From contig NC_067401.1 of assembly GCF_016432865.1 (NCBI RefSeq), forward strand, positions 41,230,001 through 41,294,000: a DNA stretch of 64,000 bases, read 5' to 3'. The DNA comes from Antechinus flavipes. Its lineage: Eukaryota. Shown here piece by piece: positions 48,801 to 61,986 of this stretch. How positions within the stretch are numbered: position 1 is the stretch's first letter; every line of letters starts with the position of its first letter. A model generated the notes under the pieces. That model did not search any database. It saw only the letters and a list, made by a program, of their open reading frames with translations, and was not told the DNA's origin. The position numbers and the translations under genes are program-made.

Positions 48801-51800
48801 TGGGTGACTCCAAAATTAACCCTTTATCATAATTACGTAATAGAAAATTAGTATGGTCCAATGATTTGAAGTTAGAAACCTAGAGTCTAGTCCCAGGGGG
48901 AGTCTGTTCACCACTGGGAGTTGGAGGAAAGGGAAATTTTCATATCATCCAAAATGAAGAATTGGTAAGTCACCACCACTCAGTGAGTGTTTACCCATCT
49001 GTTAGGGCAGGTATCATTATCTCTTGCTATCTTTTCAGAGGGTGGTTGGGAAACTGAGCAGGAGGTGGGAAAGTAGTTTTAAAAAATTAAATATGTTGAT
49101 TTGTATGTCACTCCAGTCTTCTTTCAACACGTCAAAAGATCTGTATTTTTATCAGCACTGGTCCTTTTTTCCCCCTCCCTATTTATGCTGATTTTAAACC
49201 TCCAAGCTTTCCATGAACTGAAGAAGCAAAAGAGAAAAAAAAATAAACAAAAGACATGTATTTCTCCTTCCTCACTTGGCAGCCAAACTTGGGGAGGCTG
49301 TTCCTCTGAGGATAGACTGTTGCTAGTCCTTGCCTCTCCAGCTTGATAGGACTTGCTAGAGCTTGTGCTTCTCTGGCAGAGCCTTTAGGAACCCCGATTA
49401 CCTTAGTGCTAAGATTAGGCATCAGGTGAAAAATGTAGCGAAGGCCACTTTGCAGAATGGGGAGTCCACAAGTGTGGAACACTGAATGATATTGTCAATT
49501 TTTTTTCTATGTATTGTTCAATTTTGCTGATTTCTTACCCCCTTCATCTTTTTTTCTTTAAAAAAAAGTGTTTTGTGAATTGACTCTCTGGGAGGAGAAA
49601 TTTATGCAATGTAAAAATAAAATATATCTCTTTTTTTTCAAAAGAATATAATAGACATAAATTAAGGTAATGTAGTATTAATTTAGATTCACACATTCTG
49701 AATGCTTTGCATGATCAGGGCATCTTTCATACTGAAAAGTTGATGGCAGAAACAGCTGAAAAATTCCTCTGTAAGTGAATTTCTCCAGACAGATGGAAAC
49801 CATACATAAATCTGCCTCTCATGTCAGAGGAGGCTCCTTCTTGCTTGCCACCCTGGGTGTTCTTACCCAATTCTGCAATCCCCGCCCTGTTGCTACTTCC
49901 CATGATAATTTCCACCAAAGTTCTTGTGGAAGAACAATGCATGGCCAGGTGTGGCTGTGGTCTGGGACAGCTGAGTGCTGAGCTTCCAGTCACCTGCCAG
50001 ACTTAGCCAAGAACCTATCCCTGCCTTTTGTTTGTTGTTCCTAAGGTACCAAGGTGGGGTAGGGGTGAGGGAGGTAGAATGGCCCAGGGATAGAGTAGAA
50101 ACACAATTGGAACTTCCTTCCCTAGCTCTGAAATACAGAATGATTAAAGATCGTGAATAATAAAATCTGAGCCAGAACCAGAGCTTTGAGCATCAGTAAT
50201 AAGTTGTGAACTTGCGTGAGTTATTGTGCCTCAGTTTACCTTTCTGAGAACTGACAGTACAAACAAGTACTGGAACAAACCAGGAAACTGGCACAAAACC
50301 AGAGTGGAGCCAGACCAAGCATTTAGGCAGGTTGTCCCAGTTTGTCTCTGAAAGGTCTGACAGGTATAGCAAGAGGCTTGCTCTGGGATTGAACATTCAA
50401 CCAACAAAGTACAAATTAAATTTAAAAATCTACCCCCCCCAAAAATACAGTTAAAATTTTGGAATCAACTCTCACATACTTTTCATCTCAAGATGTTGCT
50501 CACAGCTCTTGGTAATAATAATAATAATAATTATAACAGCATTTATATAGCACTTTAAGGTTTGCAAAACACTTTGGGAGAAAGGGAATAAGCTTGCTTA
50601 GCACTTTATAGATATTAATCTCATTTGTGTCTTACAACAACTGTGGAAGACAAATACTATTATGCCTATTTTACATTTGAGGAAACTGAGGCAAACAGGA
50701 TTAAATGACCGGCCCAGAGTCACACTGTTAGTAAGTACCTGAGGCTGGATTTGAATTCAGAAATTCCTGACTGCAGGCCCCTTGAAGCCCAGCCTGGTCC
50801 TATATTAGCTTGCTCAACAGCATCCTTTCCTCTCCTGTGTGGTCAGGTATGTTTCCAGATCTTGTTAAATAATAAAAAAAATGGGACATTGTTTCCAGAG
50901 ATTGTCTTCAAATTCTCAGGTATTGCCTGAGGCGCTGAAGAGGGATTCCCAGCTTCCTTCCATTAATACATCAGGTTAGTTGGGCACAATTTGGGCACAG
51001 GAAAAGATAAGGACTGGTAGGCTTCCACCCAGAGGAAGGGAAGGCAATCAAGGAAAGGAATGATTATACCTCCTTAGGAAGCCAGCACCTGGGGATATGT
51101 CCAACTCTTAGTGGGTAAAATTTTACCAAGGTCATTAGGGGAGAGGTGGGGCCCCAAAGTCTTATGTAATGGAGAGAGCTTCGTGTGTAGTCAGAAGGCC
51201 TCCCTTGGAGTCCTGGGCCGGCCACTTCCTAGTGAAATGATTTTACCAAGTCCTATCACCTCTTTGCCTGAGTTTCCTCTTCTGTAAAATGAGAATACCA
51301 ACATTAGGGATCCCACATCAATCGGATCACATAAATAAACAGCTTTACACCTTAAAATTATGCAGCCATGTAAGCTACATCAAATAGATAGGTACAAACA
51401 TATTAGTTCTCAGTTCTGTGTCTACAGTGACATGGAGAAAAATGGGGCAGAGGTAGTGATTATTATTATTATAAAACACAAACCACATCCTTCATAATTT
51501 TGTCAAGGGCTGGCCCTGGCAATTATCTTATATTGGCAGAATTTTTATAATTGGCACTCTATCCCTACTCTGCCATTTCTTTTCCCCTTTCGTCTTCCTC
51601 CTTCTTCCCCAATTCCATCCCCACTTTCATGTTATGATTCTGGAACAGGTAGAGAAATGGAACCGCCGTGATCAGAAACTCCTGGAAGCTGTGCAGCGGG
51701 GAGACGTGAGTCGGGTGGCTGCCCTAGCCTCCAGGAAGAATGCCCGTCCCACCAAATTAGACTCCCACGGCCAGTCCCCGTAAGTAAGTCCTCCTGCCCC

Positions 51801-54800
51801 TCCAGGCTTTCTTGCTCCCCTCCAAAGCCGGTGATACGTACATGTGCATGTATGTATATGTATATATAGATACATACATGTACTATACACGATATACACA
51901 TGCATATATACCTGGATGTATATTATGTGCCATATTTGCAGATACATGTGTAGACATATATCTATATGTATATAAATGTATACATATCTATATCTATTTC
52001 TATCTATCTATATTCCTCATACTGGAGTATGAGTTCAATAATTATGGCTCCTGACTATCAGGGAATACTATTCTAAGAGATTGGAAATTGACAGACTGAT
52101 GCATAAAGGGCATAATGACTACTATATAAATAAAATACAAAAAAATTTTTTAAAAATAAACTGCTATATAAACACCAATTAACTAGAACATGGTGTTTGT
52201 TCATTCTAACAAATAGAAGGGTGAATGGATTTGAGGAGTGGAGTAAGAAAATCCTAGGATTTACAAATTCAGATGCAATGAAATTTGCAGCAGTGGGATA
52301 GGTTAGGATTGCCCTCCTCTTTCCATATTACCTTCAGATTTCTGACTTGCTTATTCCTCTAGTTGCTTGTACATCTAGAAGCAAACCTGTGGATCTCTGG
52401 ATTTCTCCTATGCTCAATTAAGTAGGAAGCAATAAGTTCACTTTCCCTTTCATCCCCTGACTAGGGGATAGGAGTCCTGGCTTCTCTTTTTGTCTCTATC
52501 ATCTCTCTCTCTCTTTTTTAATGTGACTCCTTGGCAAATTGGCAAATACTTTTCTGGAGCAATCAGTTTAGTTCCAGAGCACTCTTAGTGATAGGTTTGG
52601 GGGTGTGGTGTGGGGGCTGATAGTTTATCAAGAATGACCCATTTCTTGGCTGGCTCCCTCTTCCCACCTTATCTTTCTCTTATTTCTGCATGGCCAGGTT
52701 CCACCTAGCAGCGTCCAAGGGGTTGACAGAGTGTCTGAGTGTACTACTGGCTAATGGGGCCGAGATCAACAGCAAGAACGAAGATGGTGAGTAACCGATT
52801 GATTTTTCCAACTCCCTTTCTCCTTGGCAGAAGGCAGTGGAGTATTTCCAGAACCCATAAAGGATGAAGAACAAGGGTTTCTGACCGTGGGCTCCATGGT
52901 TATGTCTCTCTTCCATTGCTTACCCAACGTCCCTACAGGGGCTCTCCCCATAAATCTGGGTGTGTCTCACTCTCACCCCACAGCAAGGACCCAGTCACTG
53001 GGTGAACAGGAATTTCTGGCCTTGTGTCACTGTAAGCTGTTTTGTCTAATCTCCCTCTGATTATCTGTGCGTCTTTGCTCTCCCTCCCTGTGAGTCACCA
53101 CAGCTGTGTGGGTCCCCCTCCCCATCTCTCTTTGCAGGAAGCACCGCCCTGCACTTGGCTACTATATCCTGCCAGCCCCAGTGTGTCAAGGTCCTCCTGC
53201 AGGTATGAGAAAACCCCATCATACTGGGGTAGAAAGTGTAAGTTTGCATGTGGAGATAATGGAGTATGGGAAAGTCCTTGTAGGACTATTCTACCAAATT
53301 CCCAATTATCTCCTGGGACAGTCACCATCATACAGACTAGGTAAATTTCTGTGATGTAGGTAGGGTTTCATGGGGGTAGTAGTGCAGTATGAATAAATAA
53401 GCATTTATCGAATACCTATTAAATTGTCATAGTGGGCAGCTGGGGTAGCGGAAACATATCAAAGAGGTAGAAAAAGGAAGAGAGTCAGAAGAGAATGCTA
53501 TTCCTGAAGCCAAGAGAGACGAGAGTATTCATGAGGAAAGTAGGGGTTCACAATGTCAAGTGCTGCAAAGAAGCCAAAGAAGATGACTGATTGAAGAATG
53601 GTAATTCTGTCCGGTGATTAGGAGTTTGTTGGTGACCTTTGAAAAGGCATAATCTAGCTGGGGAGCTAAAACATGAAAAGCGTATTAGAACAATCTATAA
53701 AACAACCTCAGAAGAATCAAAACAGACCATTGACCACTGGAAAATGTTTATCTTGTCCCTTCAAAGTCCCTTCCCGGCGTGCCAGTGATGGCCATGGACC
53801 CCTGAGTGCTAAAATTTTTGTTACAACCTAGTCTCTCTCCGGATTATAACAAACTACTCTTCATAATTGGTTTCTAAGAGTTTTGTTCCCTCCACTCACC
53901 GGTCTGTACTTTGTCCAATGAGATTATGCTGTGACGTGGATGAGTGAGGTGAGGGATGGTGGCAATAGTTGGGAGGGATGTCTCAGGGTTCGTGCTGGTT
54001 CTGTATTGACTCTTCCTAGCATGGCGCCAACGAGGATGCAGTGGATGGAGAAAATCGAAGCCCCTTGCACTGGGCTGGTGAGTTTTGGGGGTTCTGAAAT
54101 ACAGGAGTGGGGGGTGTGGGGGGAGGTGGTAATGCCTGGTGTGGACACAGCAGAAGTAGAGGATCCTTGGAGGAACTTGGGCTAAATAGGGTTGTTGGTC
54201 TTTATCCCAAGAGGTTCTCCTCTTGCTTCTGACTCTCCTTCAATCCCACATGTACTAGCTTCATCTGGCTGCGCCTCCAGCGTTTTGCTCCTGTGTGATC
54301 ATGAAGCTTTTCTGGATGTCCTCGATAATGTGAGTGTCGCCCTGGAGCCGGGGCAACGCCTCCAAGAAAGGGGCTGCTGTCTCGGAGCACTGTTAGTTTG
54401 GGGGATAAAGAAGCCACTCTCAGTGTCTTGGAGTTGTTTGTTCCTCTCTAAGGGGTCAGGACTCCAGGCAATACAGGGGAAAAGCTATGGGTCCACATTT
54501 GCAGTGTGGGAGAAATGGGTATGAAGTTCTTAAGTCTGTCTCCTTCAGGTTGCTTGTAGCAGGAATGTTGGCAGGAGGAGGGGATAGGGCAGATCTTTTG
54601 TGTTTCCCGGCTCCCTCAGCTATACTCATTCCCCACCTGTACAGGATGGACGGACTCCCCTGATGATTGCATCACTGGGTGGTCATGCAGCCATTTGTTC
54701 CCAGCTCTTGCAGAGAGGTGCCAGGGTTAATGTCACAGACAAGGAAGACAAGTGAGATTTCCTTATTTTTCTCCAATCCAGATTCCAGCCTCCTTTGTCT

Positions 54801-57800
54801 CATATAGATAGAAGGAATGATGGGGAATGGGGCGGGTGTATATGCAAGCATGTATGTACGTGAAATGATTCCTCTTCATTTTCATGGCTGAGCCGTGCTT
54901 TCCCCCTTTCCTGGTCTCTGCTTAGGGAGACTGATGCCTTGTAGCTTTATTTCTTTTACTTGTTGATTCTTACGTGTTCTATGACACATTATCTCCGAAT
55001 CTTTTGTTCAGCTCATAAAGACTCATCTTCATGAGTTCCAATCCAGCCTCAGACACTTACTAGCTATATAATTCGGGTCAAATCACTTAATCTTGTTTGC
55101 CTCAGTTTCCTCATCTGTAAAATGAGGTAGAAAATGAAATGGCAAACCATTCCACTATTTTTGTCAAGGAAATCCCCAATGGGGTCATGGAGATTGTGAA
55201 ATGACTGAAAAAACAACATATGCCAGACACTGTGCTAGGGTCTGGACATACAGAAAAAGGCCAAAAAAAAAAATCTGTTTCCAAGGAACTAATAGTGGAG
55301 AAGACAGACAAGCAATTATATACAAACAAGATAATTCTATATAGAGTGTATATAGCTATATATCTCTATATAGTATATATCATAAGTTGGGGGTAATCTC
55401 AGAGGGAAGGCACTAAGATTAAGGATTAAGAAAGGTTAAAGATTTAACTTGAAGGAAGCCAGGGAAATTTCCTGATAATAATAAAGCATATCAGGGCTCC
55501 AAAAAGTCAATTGCGTAACATATCCACAGATCCGCTCTGATCCTGGCCTGTGAGAAGGGGAGTGCCGAAGTAGCAGAGCTGCTCCTGAGTCATGGGGCAG
55601 ACGTAGGGACTGTGGACAGCATGGGCCATGATGCCTTATACTATGCCCTGCGTACCCAAGACAAGGAACTATGGAGGCTGCTTCGCCAGGCTCTGAACCG
55701 CCGCCAGCGCGGAGGTGAGACAAGTTGTGCCCAGCTTTCCCCCATCCCATCTCCATCCTCAAACTAATTCTTCCTAAACTTTTGTGACTTTAAGGGCCTC
55801 TCTCTTATCTATTGTAGGTAGCCTTGGAGATTCCTTTTAGAAACACTCTTCTTCCTCAAGGCCTTAGGAATATATTTATGATTTATTATATCATTATTTA
55901 TGATTTATTTTTATTTATTATTTTAATTTTCATTTTATTCTATTTTTTTCTGATGATGAACAGTGAATGCTCCAAAGTCCAAAGGACAAGGCTGCAAATT
56001 ATTTGATACAATTCTGACTTTCACTAGGGGCAGTAATGACTAAGACCATCTCTGGCCAAAATGTTGAACCAATAAAGGTTTAACCCTAAGGCAGCTTTGG
56101 TCTTGGTTCCTAGAACAGTCCTGTTAGCTGGAGAATTACAATACATCTCTGGTTTGAGGCAGCTAGATGGTATAATGAATAAAATGTTAGAAGAAAGACC
56201 TGAATTCAAATTGTCTTGTATATGTACTAGCTGTGTGACTCTGGGTAAGTTTCAATTCCCTCATCTATAAAAGGTGATAATATTACCTATCTCAAAGAGT
56301 TATTATGAGGATCAACTGAGATAATATGCTTTCTAAACCTTAAAAAACACTATCAGGAAGATCTGGATTCAAATTCTGTTTTGTATATATGCTAGCTGTG
56401 TGACTCTGAGTAAGTCTCAATTCCCTCATCTATAAAAGGTGATAATAATGCCATTTATCTCAGTTATTATGAGGATCAACTGAGAGAATGTGCTTTCTAA
56501 ACCTTAAAACACACTATATAAAGTTGTTATTATTAATAGATACTAAGTGAAAGGCAATGCCTCTTAAAGAAGGGTTTCAGATTCCAAGTCTGTTACTTCC
56601 AACCTATGTTAATTGGAGCAAATTTCACTTAATGTTTTAAGTTTCTGTAGTAAAATGGGGATGATCATAACATTTGTCTTACCTAACTCCATGGAATGAA
56701 ATATGGCAATGCACCTAAAATTCTTTGTTAAAGTCTATAAACTAAAGGTGTTAAATGACACTGTTTTCTGGCAGGTCAAGAGCCGGCTCAACAACCTGAC
56801 TCAGCATCTCAGGTAAAAAGTCAAATCCTTTCCCTCTGCATATCTCTGCCCCATTCTCTTCAACCCCACACTCCAACCTTACTATATTGTAACAACCATT
56901 ATTTCCCACCAAAGGGTGGGAATGTGTCCAGGGCTGAGCTTGGGAAAGAAGGGCTTCTCTTGGGGTGCCATTCTTTTCAGAGCTTTGCATTGCTCTGTTT
57001 TTATTCTAGGGCTCCCCTCCTAAGAGCCCAAGAAGAGCTGAGGCAGAGGAGGAGGAGGATGAAAAGGAGGAAGAGGGTGAGGATCTATGCAGCCCTCAAG
57101 AGTGGAGGAAGAAGTATGAAGCAGAGAAAAAGAAAGTCTCCCAGCTGCAGCAGGAGCTGATAAAAAAGGCCCAGGAGTGTAAGGCCCAGGAGAGTGCCTG
57201 CCAGGGTCTGGAGAGCCGGGTGCGAGAGCAGGTCCAAGAGCTGGGAGTGCTCTTGGCCAGGGAGTCTAGAGGCCCGGGTGGACAAGGTTCCAGTCCACGG
57301 CCTGGGGGGGACGGCATGGAGCAGGGCTGTGTTCTGGACCTGTTGGCCGAGCAGGTACAAGAACTGAAGAGACAGAAAGAGGCGATGGCGCCGCAAGGAT
57401 CAGAGCCTCGAGGGCCCCAGGGGGAAAGCCAGGGGACAGCGGAGAAGCAGAGGGCCCAGCCGCAGAGCCCAGCGGGGAAGGCCCCACGGAAGGCCAAGGG
57501 AGAGAAGGTGGTGAATGTGGGAGGAGTTGTGTCCAGCCAGGGAAGAGGAGACCCAGTGCTTCCCCTCAAAGAGGAGAGAGGGAAGGCTCTGGGTGCAGAG
57601 CCGGCGGGCATGGTTGCCTTGGGCCAGCTCCTGCTGCAGCTGAGGGAGGAGCTGACTGCCGTGTGGAGGGACAAGGATGCTGCCCGAGGGGTCCTGGGCA
57701 GACCAGCCGGAAACAGGGTGTGGGGGGCATCCCAGGCTGAGGCGGCAGCAGCTGCCTGGGAGAAGATGGAGGCTCGCTTAGAGCAGGTGCTGGCCAGGCT

Positions 57801-60800
57801 GGATCGCGCGAAGGCCGGGCTGAACGTGGAGGCCGTTCCTCCTGTCCTGGGATCCCCAGAGGGTGCCCCCCTCCCCCAAGCCAAAGCCATTACCGTGATG
57901 ACGAGCCCTGCCAGAGAAGGCAAGGCAAAGGAGGAGAGGGCCCACGAAGCTCGGGGGGAGCCTCTCGGAGCTCCCGGAGCGGGGCAGAGCCCAGAAGGGA
58001 CTGGGGCGAAGGGACAGCTGGAGAAGGAGGTGTCGGCCCTGAGGCTGAGTAACAGCAACCTCCTGGAGGAGCTGAGCGAGCTGGGCCGGGAGCGGCAGCG
58101 GCTGCAGGGAGAGCTGCAAGCCCTGGGCCAGAGGCTGCAGAAGGAATACATGCCCAGGCCCGAGGCCCAGGGCCAGCTGCAGCAGCTGCAAAGCAGCGTG
58201 GGGCTGCTGGCCGAGGAGCTGGCGGCCGAGAAGGAAGCCGCGGAGCAGCTGCGGCGCCGCCTGGCCGCCCAGAGCACCGGCCTGCAGGGGCTGCGCCAGT
58301 GCCTGCCTCCCAACCTGGTGGGCGGAGGCAGCCCCCAGGGCCCGGCCCCGGACCCCCTGGAGGAGCTGCAGGGCTGCGTGGGCGCCCTGGTGGCCAAATA
58401 CAACGAGGCGCAGCGGGAGCTGGCCAAGCTGGAGGGCGAGAACCGGCGGCTGAAGGGCAACGGCCGGGAGGCCGTGGCCTCCCGGGCCGTCCCCCAGGTA
58501 GCTGCCCTGGAGCAAGACCTGGGCAAGCTGGAGGAGGAGCTGCGGGCCGTGCAGGCCACCATGGGCGGCAAGAGCCAGGAGATCGGCAAGCTGAAGCATC
58601 TGCTGTACCAGGCCACCGAGGAGGTGGCCGAGCTTCGCGCGCGGGAAGCGGCCAACCTGAAGCAGCAGGAGAAGAGCCGCGCGTCGCTGGTGGCCCAGGC
58701 GCAGACCTGGGGCCAGGAGCTCAAGGCTCTGCTGGAGAAGTACAACGGCGCGTGCAGGGAGACCGGGCAGCTGCGGGAGGTGGTGGCCGAGGAGCGGCGG
58801 AGGAGCCGCGAGCTGGCCGCCCGGGCGGCCGAGCAGGAGCGCAGGGCCAGTGAGATGAGGGGCCGCTCCGAGCAATTCGAGAGGGCCGGCGAGATGTTGA
58901 AGGAGAAGATGGAGCAGTTGATCGGGGCCTGCAGGGAAAAGGAGGCCAAGGTAAGAAGACCTAGCGGGAATGCGGGCTGCCGGGAGCATGAGCTAAGGAC
59001 AGACCCCCGACAGCAGCGGCCCTCCCCCCACTTCTCCTAATAAAAGAGGCATTTAATGCCGGGGATGGCTGGGACCGAGTCCTTGCAGGGGGTCATGGCT
59101 GGGGGAGAGCAAGGCTTCTTAAACCTTTTCCCACTCGAGACCCTTTTTCTCCCGAGAAATTTTACATGATCCCTGCTATAGCTATAGGATATATTTAATA
59201 TATATTATGTGTAACATAATATATGATAGTTACATATTATGTATAATACATAACACAATATATAACATTAATCATATATTTACATATAGCTATTTGTATG
59301 TATTATATAAAATAAGCATACAAATGAAACATTTATTGTAACAATATGATTATTACCATATGATAATGTAATAAATCATAATTCCACATCTTCCACATTG
59401 AGTTATGTGACTCTATATGAGGTTGCAACCCACAGTTTAAGAAGTTTTGGGGCAGGGAAACTGAAGAATTTGTCCCTATCCTGGTACTGCTGGGAGAGGG
59501 AATTGTGAGTGTGGCATCTGTAGGGATTTGTGGTTTAAGGATGCTATTAGGACCATAGTGGAAAATGTCCTGGCCTTGTAGGATTACCTTACACACATAA
59601 CATTCTCTCTGGACCTCAGTTTTTTCTTCAGAAAAATGAATAACTTGAATTTACTAACCTCTGAAATCCAGCTCTAGCTCTCTGTATGGTTAAAATAATT
59701 TTGACATTATGGGTTTTTGTGGGTTGGCTCTGGGAACCTAACCATCGTTTATAGCATTGTTTTTAAGGGGAAATGTGTTCTGAATTCCAAACAACTGACT
59801 TACAAACTTTGAAGTACTTCCCTTACTAAGTTCATAACCTTTTGTATAATGAAAAAAACAAATCTAGGCCATTTTAAAAGAGCTACTATAATCCTATTTG
59901 ATCAGTTCAGGAAATAAATTTAGAGTTTAGGAAAATAACATACAAACAAGTGTAAATTAATATTACCACAGAGTGCATAAGTGTAAAAGAATGATCAAAA
60001 TGGGGTGAGGTTTATCCCAGAAGGCTTCCTGCAAGTTTTGAGCCAGGCTTTCAAGGAAGAGAGGGGACACAATTGATGAACTGGACTGGAGGAGAAAGTA
60101 TCCTAGTGTCCTCATCATGTATTTTGGCCCTCACCTAATTGATGTTGTCTATCAAGGCTTATAGTTGGTATTAAGCAGCCATCTGATGCCCTGTATGTGT
60201 ATGTGGGGAGGGGAGTAAAATATGGAGGTAACAGGACTTTGAGGTTGATTGATTACCTTGGCTCCCTCTTCTACCTCTGATCCCAGATCAGGGAGCTGCT
60301 GAAGAAACTGGAACAAATGTCAGCTGAAGTCCTTGCTGTTCGTGGGGAAAATACCTGGCTTAGGCTACAGTTGCAGGTTGGTCTTATCCTGGAGAATCTG
60401 GCTAGAAAGTGTGGTGAGGAAGGTTGAGTGAAATATTTGCCAGGGATTGGCAGGACCATGGGCAGAGCCAATGATAGGTCTGAAGAGCCTTAATTATCCC
60501 CGGGGAATTGGTGTGGGCTGGCCCATGATCTCATATAAATTTTTTTTTGCATGTCTCTTATGTATGTAGGAGTATTATTTTGCATGATGGTTATTAGTGG
60601 GGGGTTGTGTTGAATTCCTTTCCCTATTTAAGACTATAAATGCCATGAGGACAAGTACTTTGTTAACAGAACTCCCAGTTCTTGATACAGCTCTTTGCAA
60701 GTAGTGAGTGTTTGCTAAAAAAGTATGTGTTTGAGATGAATTGCTTTGAAAAAGATTCCTACTCTGTGCTTCTGAGGACTATGAAGGTAAGGATGAAAGA

Positions 60801-61301
60801 TTCAATTGATTGATGCTCATTCCCAGGATTCCCAGAAGAACCATCAGGAAATCATTTCCACCTACAGGAACCATCTACTTAATGCTGCTCAGGTAAGGAT
60901 ACGGACTGGTCAGGATTCTGTATTGGGGAACCCCTCTCTCATCTATCTCCATATGGGGGGTACTTGGTTGTTTATGTTGTGTGCATCTGGGTGTGTTTAA
61001 GAGAAATATTTTTCTATGAATCATCCTCTTTTAAGATTTTGAAACAAGTTTTTTGGTTCTTTGCTCTTCCTTTAGTCCCTTCCCCTGTCTGTTTCAGTGC
61101 TAACTGGAACCAGTTTTAAACCTGTTAGGAGATATTGGGCCTGACTTCTGGGAAGGATGAAGTCAGCTGCCCCTTTCCTTATTTAATCTGCCTCCTCCCC
61201 TTCAGCTCTTTTAATTTCTCCCATTTTCTTTATGTGCACAGGGCTATATGGAACAGGATGTATACAAGATACTTCTACGGATTCTCAAGATGCAGGAGTG
61301 A
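43729..61301 (+). CDS. ANKRD35: Ankyrin repeat domain-containing protein 35 (RAI14/UACA/ANKRD24 family), 979 aa
   Basis: Exons 43729-43767, 51649-51779, 52698-52786, 53138-53202, 54020-54077, 54259-54329, 54645-54751, 55530-55714, 56775-56812, 57010-58950, 60287-60376, 60827-60892, 61242-61301 (2940 nt). MKRIFSCSSSQVAVEKWNRRDQKLLEAVQRGDV...PFHLAASKG...GSTALHLATISCQPQCVKVLLQHGANEDAVD...DGRTPLMIASLGGH...; long coiled coil; ends GYMEQDVYKILLRILKMQE*. Probable non-coding last exon from 62094. Confidence 0.95.
45830..45910. repeat. Poly(A)45 followed by (GAAA)n
   Basis: A run 45830-45874, then a GA-rich tetranucleotide repeat, in ANKRD35 intron 1. Confidence 0.95.
46330..46630 (+). mobile_element. 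RTE-clade LINE 3' remnant
   Basis: Translates RAMERNLVG and WMTQMLYWYPQSIKRTRG, resembling the RTE ORF C-terminus (RAMERxMxG...WT..VLEWYPR..KRPRGRP). Confidence 0.6.
46726..46985 (+). mobile_element. 5'-truncated young L1 3' end
   Basis: Reverse complement of the 18871-19110 part of the other copy; A-rich tail; flanks aaaaggcaatgg / aaaagggcaatgg form the TSD. Confidence 0.75.
47345..47530 (-). mobile_element. MAR1-type SINE fragment
   Basis: gttcagtcatgtctaactct...gtggtttgccatttc...gaggaaattgaggc...ggtcacacagctagtaagtg. Confidence 0.7.
48420..48590. mobile_element. Possible old hAT-type non-autonomous element
   Basis: Degenerate TIRs caatggtgtca / tgacatctctg (8/11) and a 5/8 TSD with central TA. 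Confidence 0.35.
55021..55218 (+). mobile_element. MAR1-type SINE (5'-truncated)
   Basis: ctcagacacttactagct...ctcagtttcctcatctgtaaaatg...atggcaaaccattcc...ggggtcatgg...gactgaaaaaacaac. Confidence 0.75.
56201..56517 (+). repeat. Tandem duplication (~163-bp period) of a MIR-like CORE SINE fragment
   Basis: Copies 56201-56353 and 56364-56517 share long identical stretches (caattccctcatctataaaaggtgataat; gttattatgaggatcaactgaga; tgctttctaaaccttaaaa). Confidence 0.85.
59110..59449. mobile_element. hAT-Charlie-like non-autonomous element with AT-rich interior
   Basis: TIRs caaggcttcttaaacc / agtttaagaagttttg (13/16), Charlie-like subterminal ggttgcaacccacag, 6/8 TSD ggggagag / gggcaggg. Confidence 0.6.
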
Positions 61302-61745
61302 GTTCGCATGGATGATGCTGGATATGAGACTTCTCTTCAGTGAGTTTTAGTAATAATGATGAGGATATAGGGAGAAAAGGAGCTGGAATTAGGGGAAGAG
61401 AGTTTGGAAATTGAGATGAAGGAGGTTCCCCTCCTCTTCCCAATCTGTGATTGAGATTGATGGCAGCCCTGAGGCTGGATTAGTGGAGATAATAGGAGGG
61501 GGTGGCTAATTGTGGAGTAAGAGTTCAAGATGTCATCTAGGGTAGTAGTAGTGAAGGGGTTAGTATAAACACATGGTCAGTAAAAGGAGGCTGGTGGTAA
61601 TTAAAGGGGGCAGTGCTATTTCCCATGGTATAATCTAAGACTGCCAGAGTTTCACATTTCCCCCAACTCCTTTTTCATCCCAAGGTCACCTCTTTCCTTT
61701 CTCTGCCCCTAAACAAGGTAGTCTCCCCTTTCCAGTTCCTATACA

Positions 61746-61986
61746 TTGTTATTGTTTAGTCATGTCTGACTCTCTGTGACCCCATTTGGGGTTGTCTTGG
61801 CAAAGATGCAAGAATGGTTCCCCATTTCCTTCTCTGACTCTTTACAAATGAGGAAACAAACAGGGTTAAATGACTTGCCCAATGACATACAGCTAGTAAG
61901 TGTCTGAGACCAGGTTGGAACTTAAGAAGATGAATCTTCCTGAATTCAGGCCCAGCACTCTATCCACTGGGCCACCTAGTTATCCC
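61746..61986 (-). mobile_element. MAR1-type SINE, near full length
   Basis: Reverse complement of the MAR1 pattern, ending cactctatccactgggccacctagttatccc. Confidence 0.8.

Noticed and set aside
57096-58989. 617-aa and 403-aa antisense ORFs
   Set aside because: Shadows of the GC3-rich coiled-coil exon 10 of ANKRD35 (CTG/GAG/CAG codons give few antisense stops).
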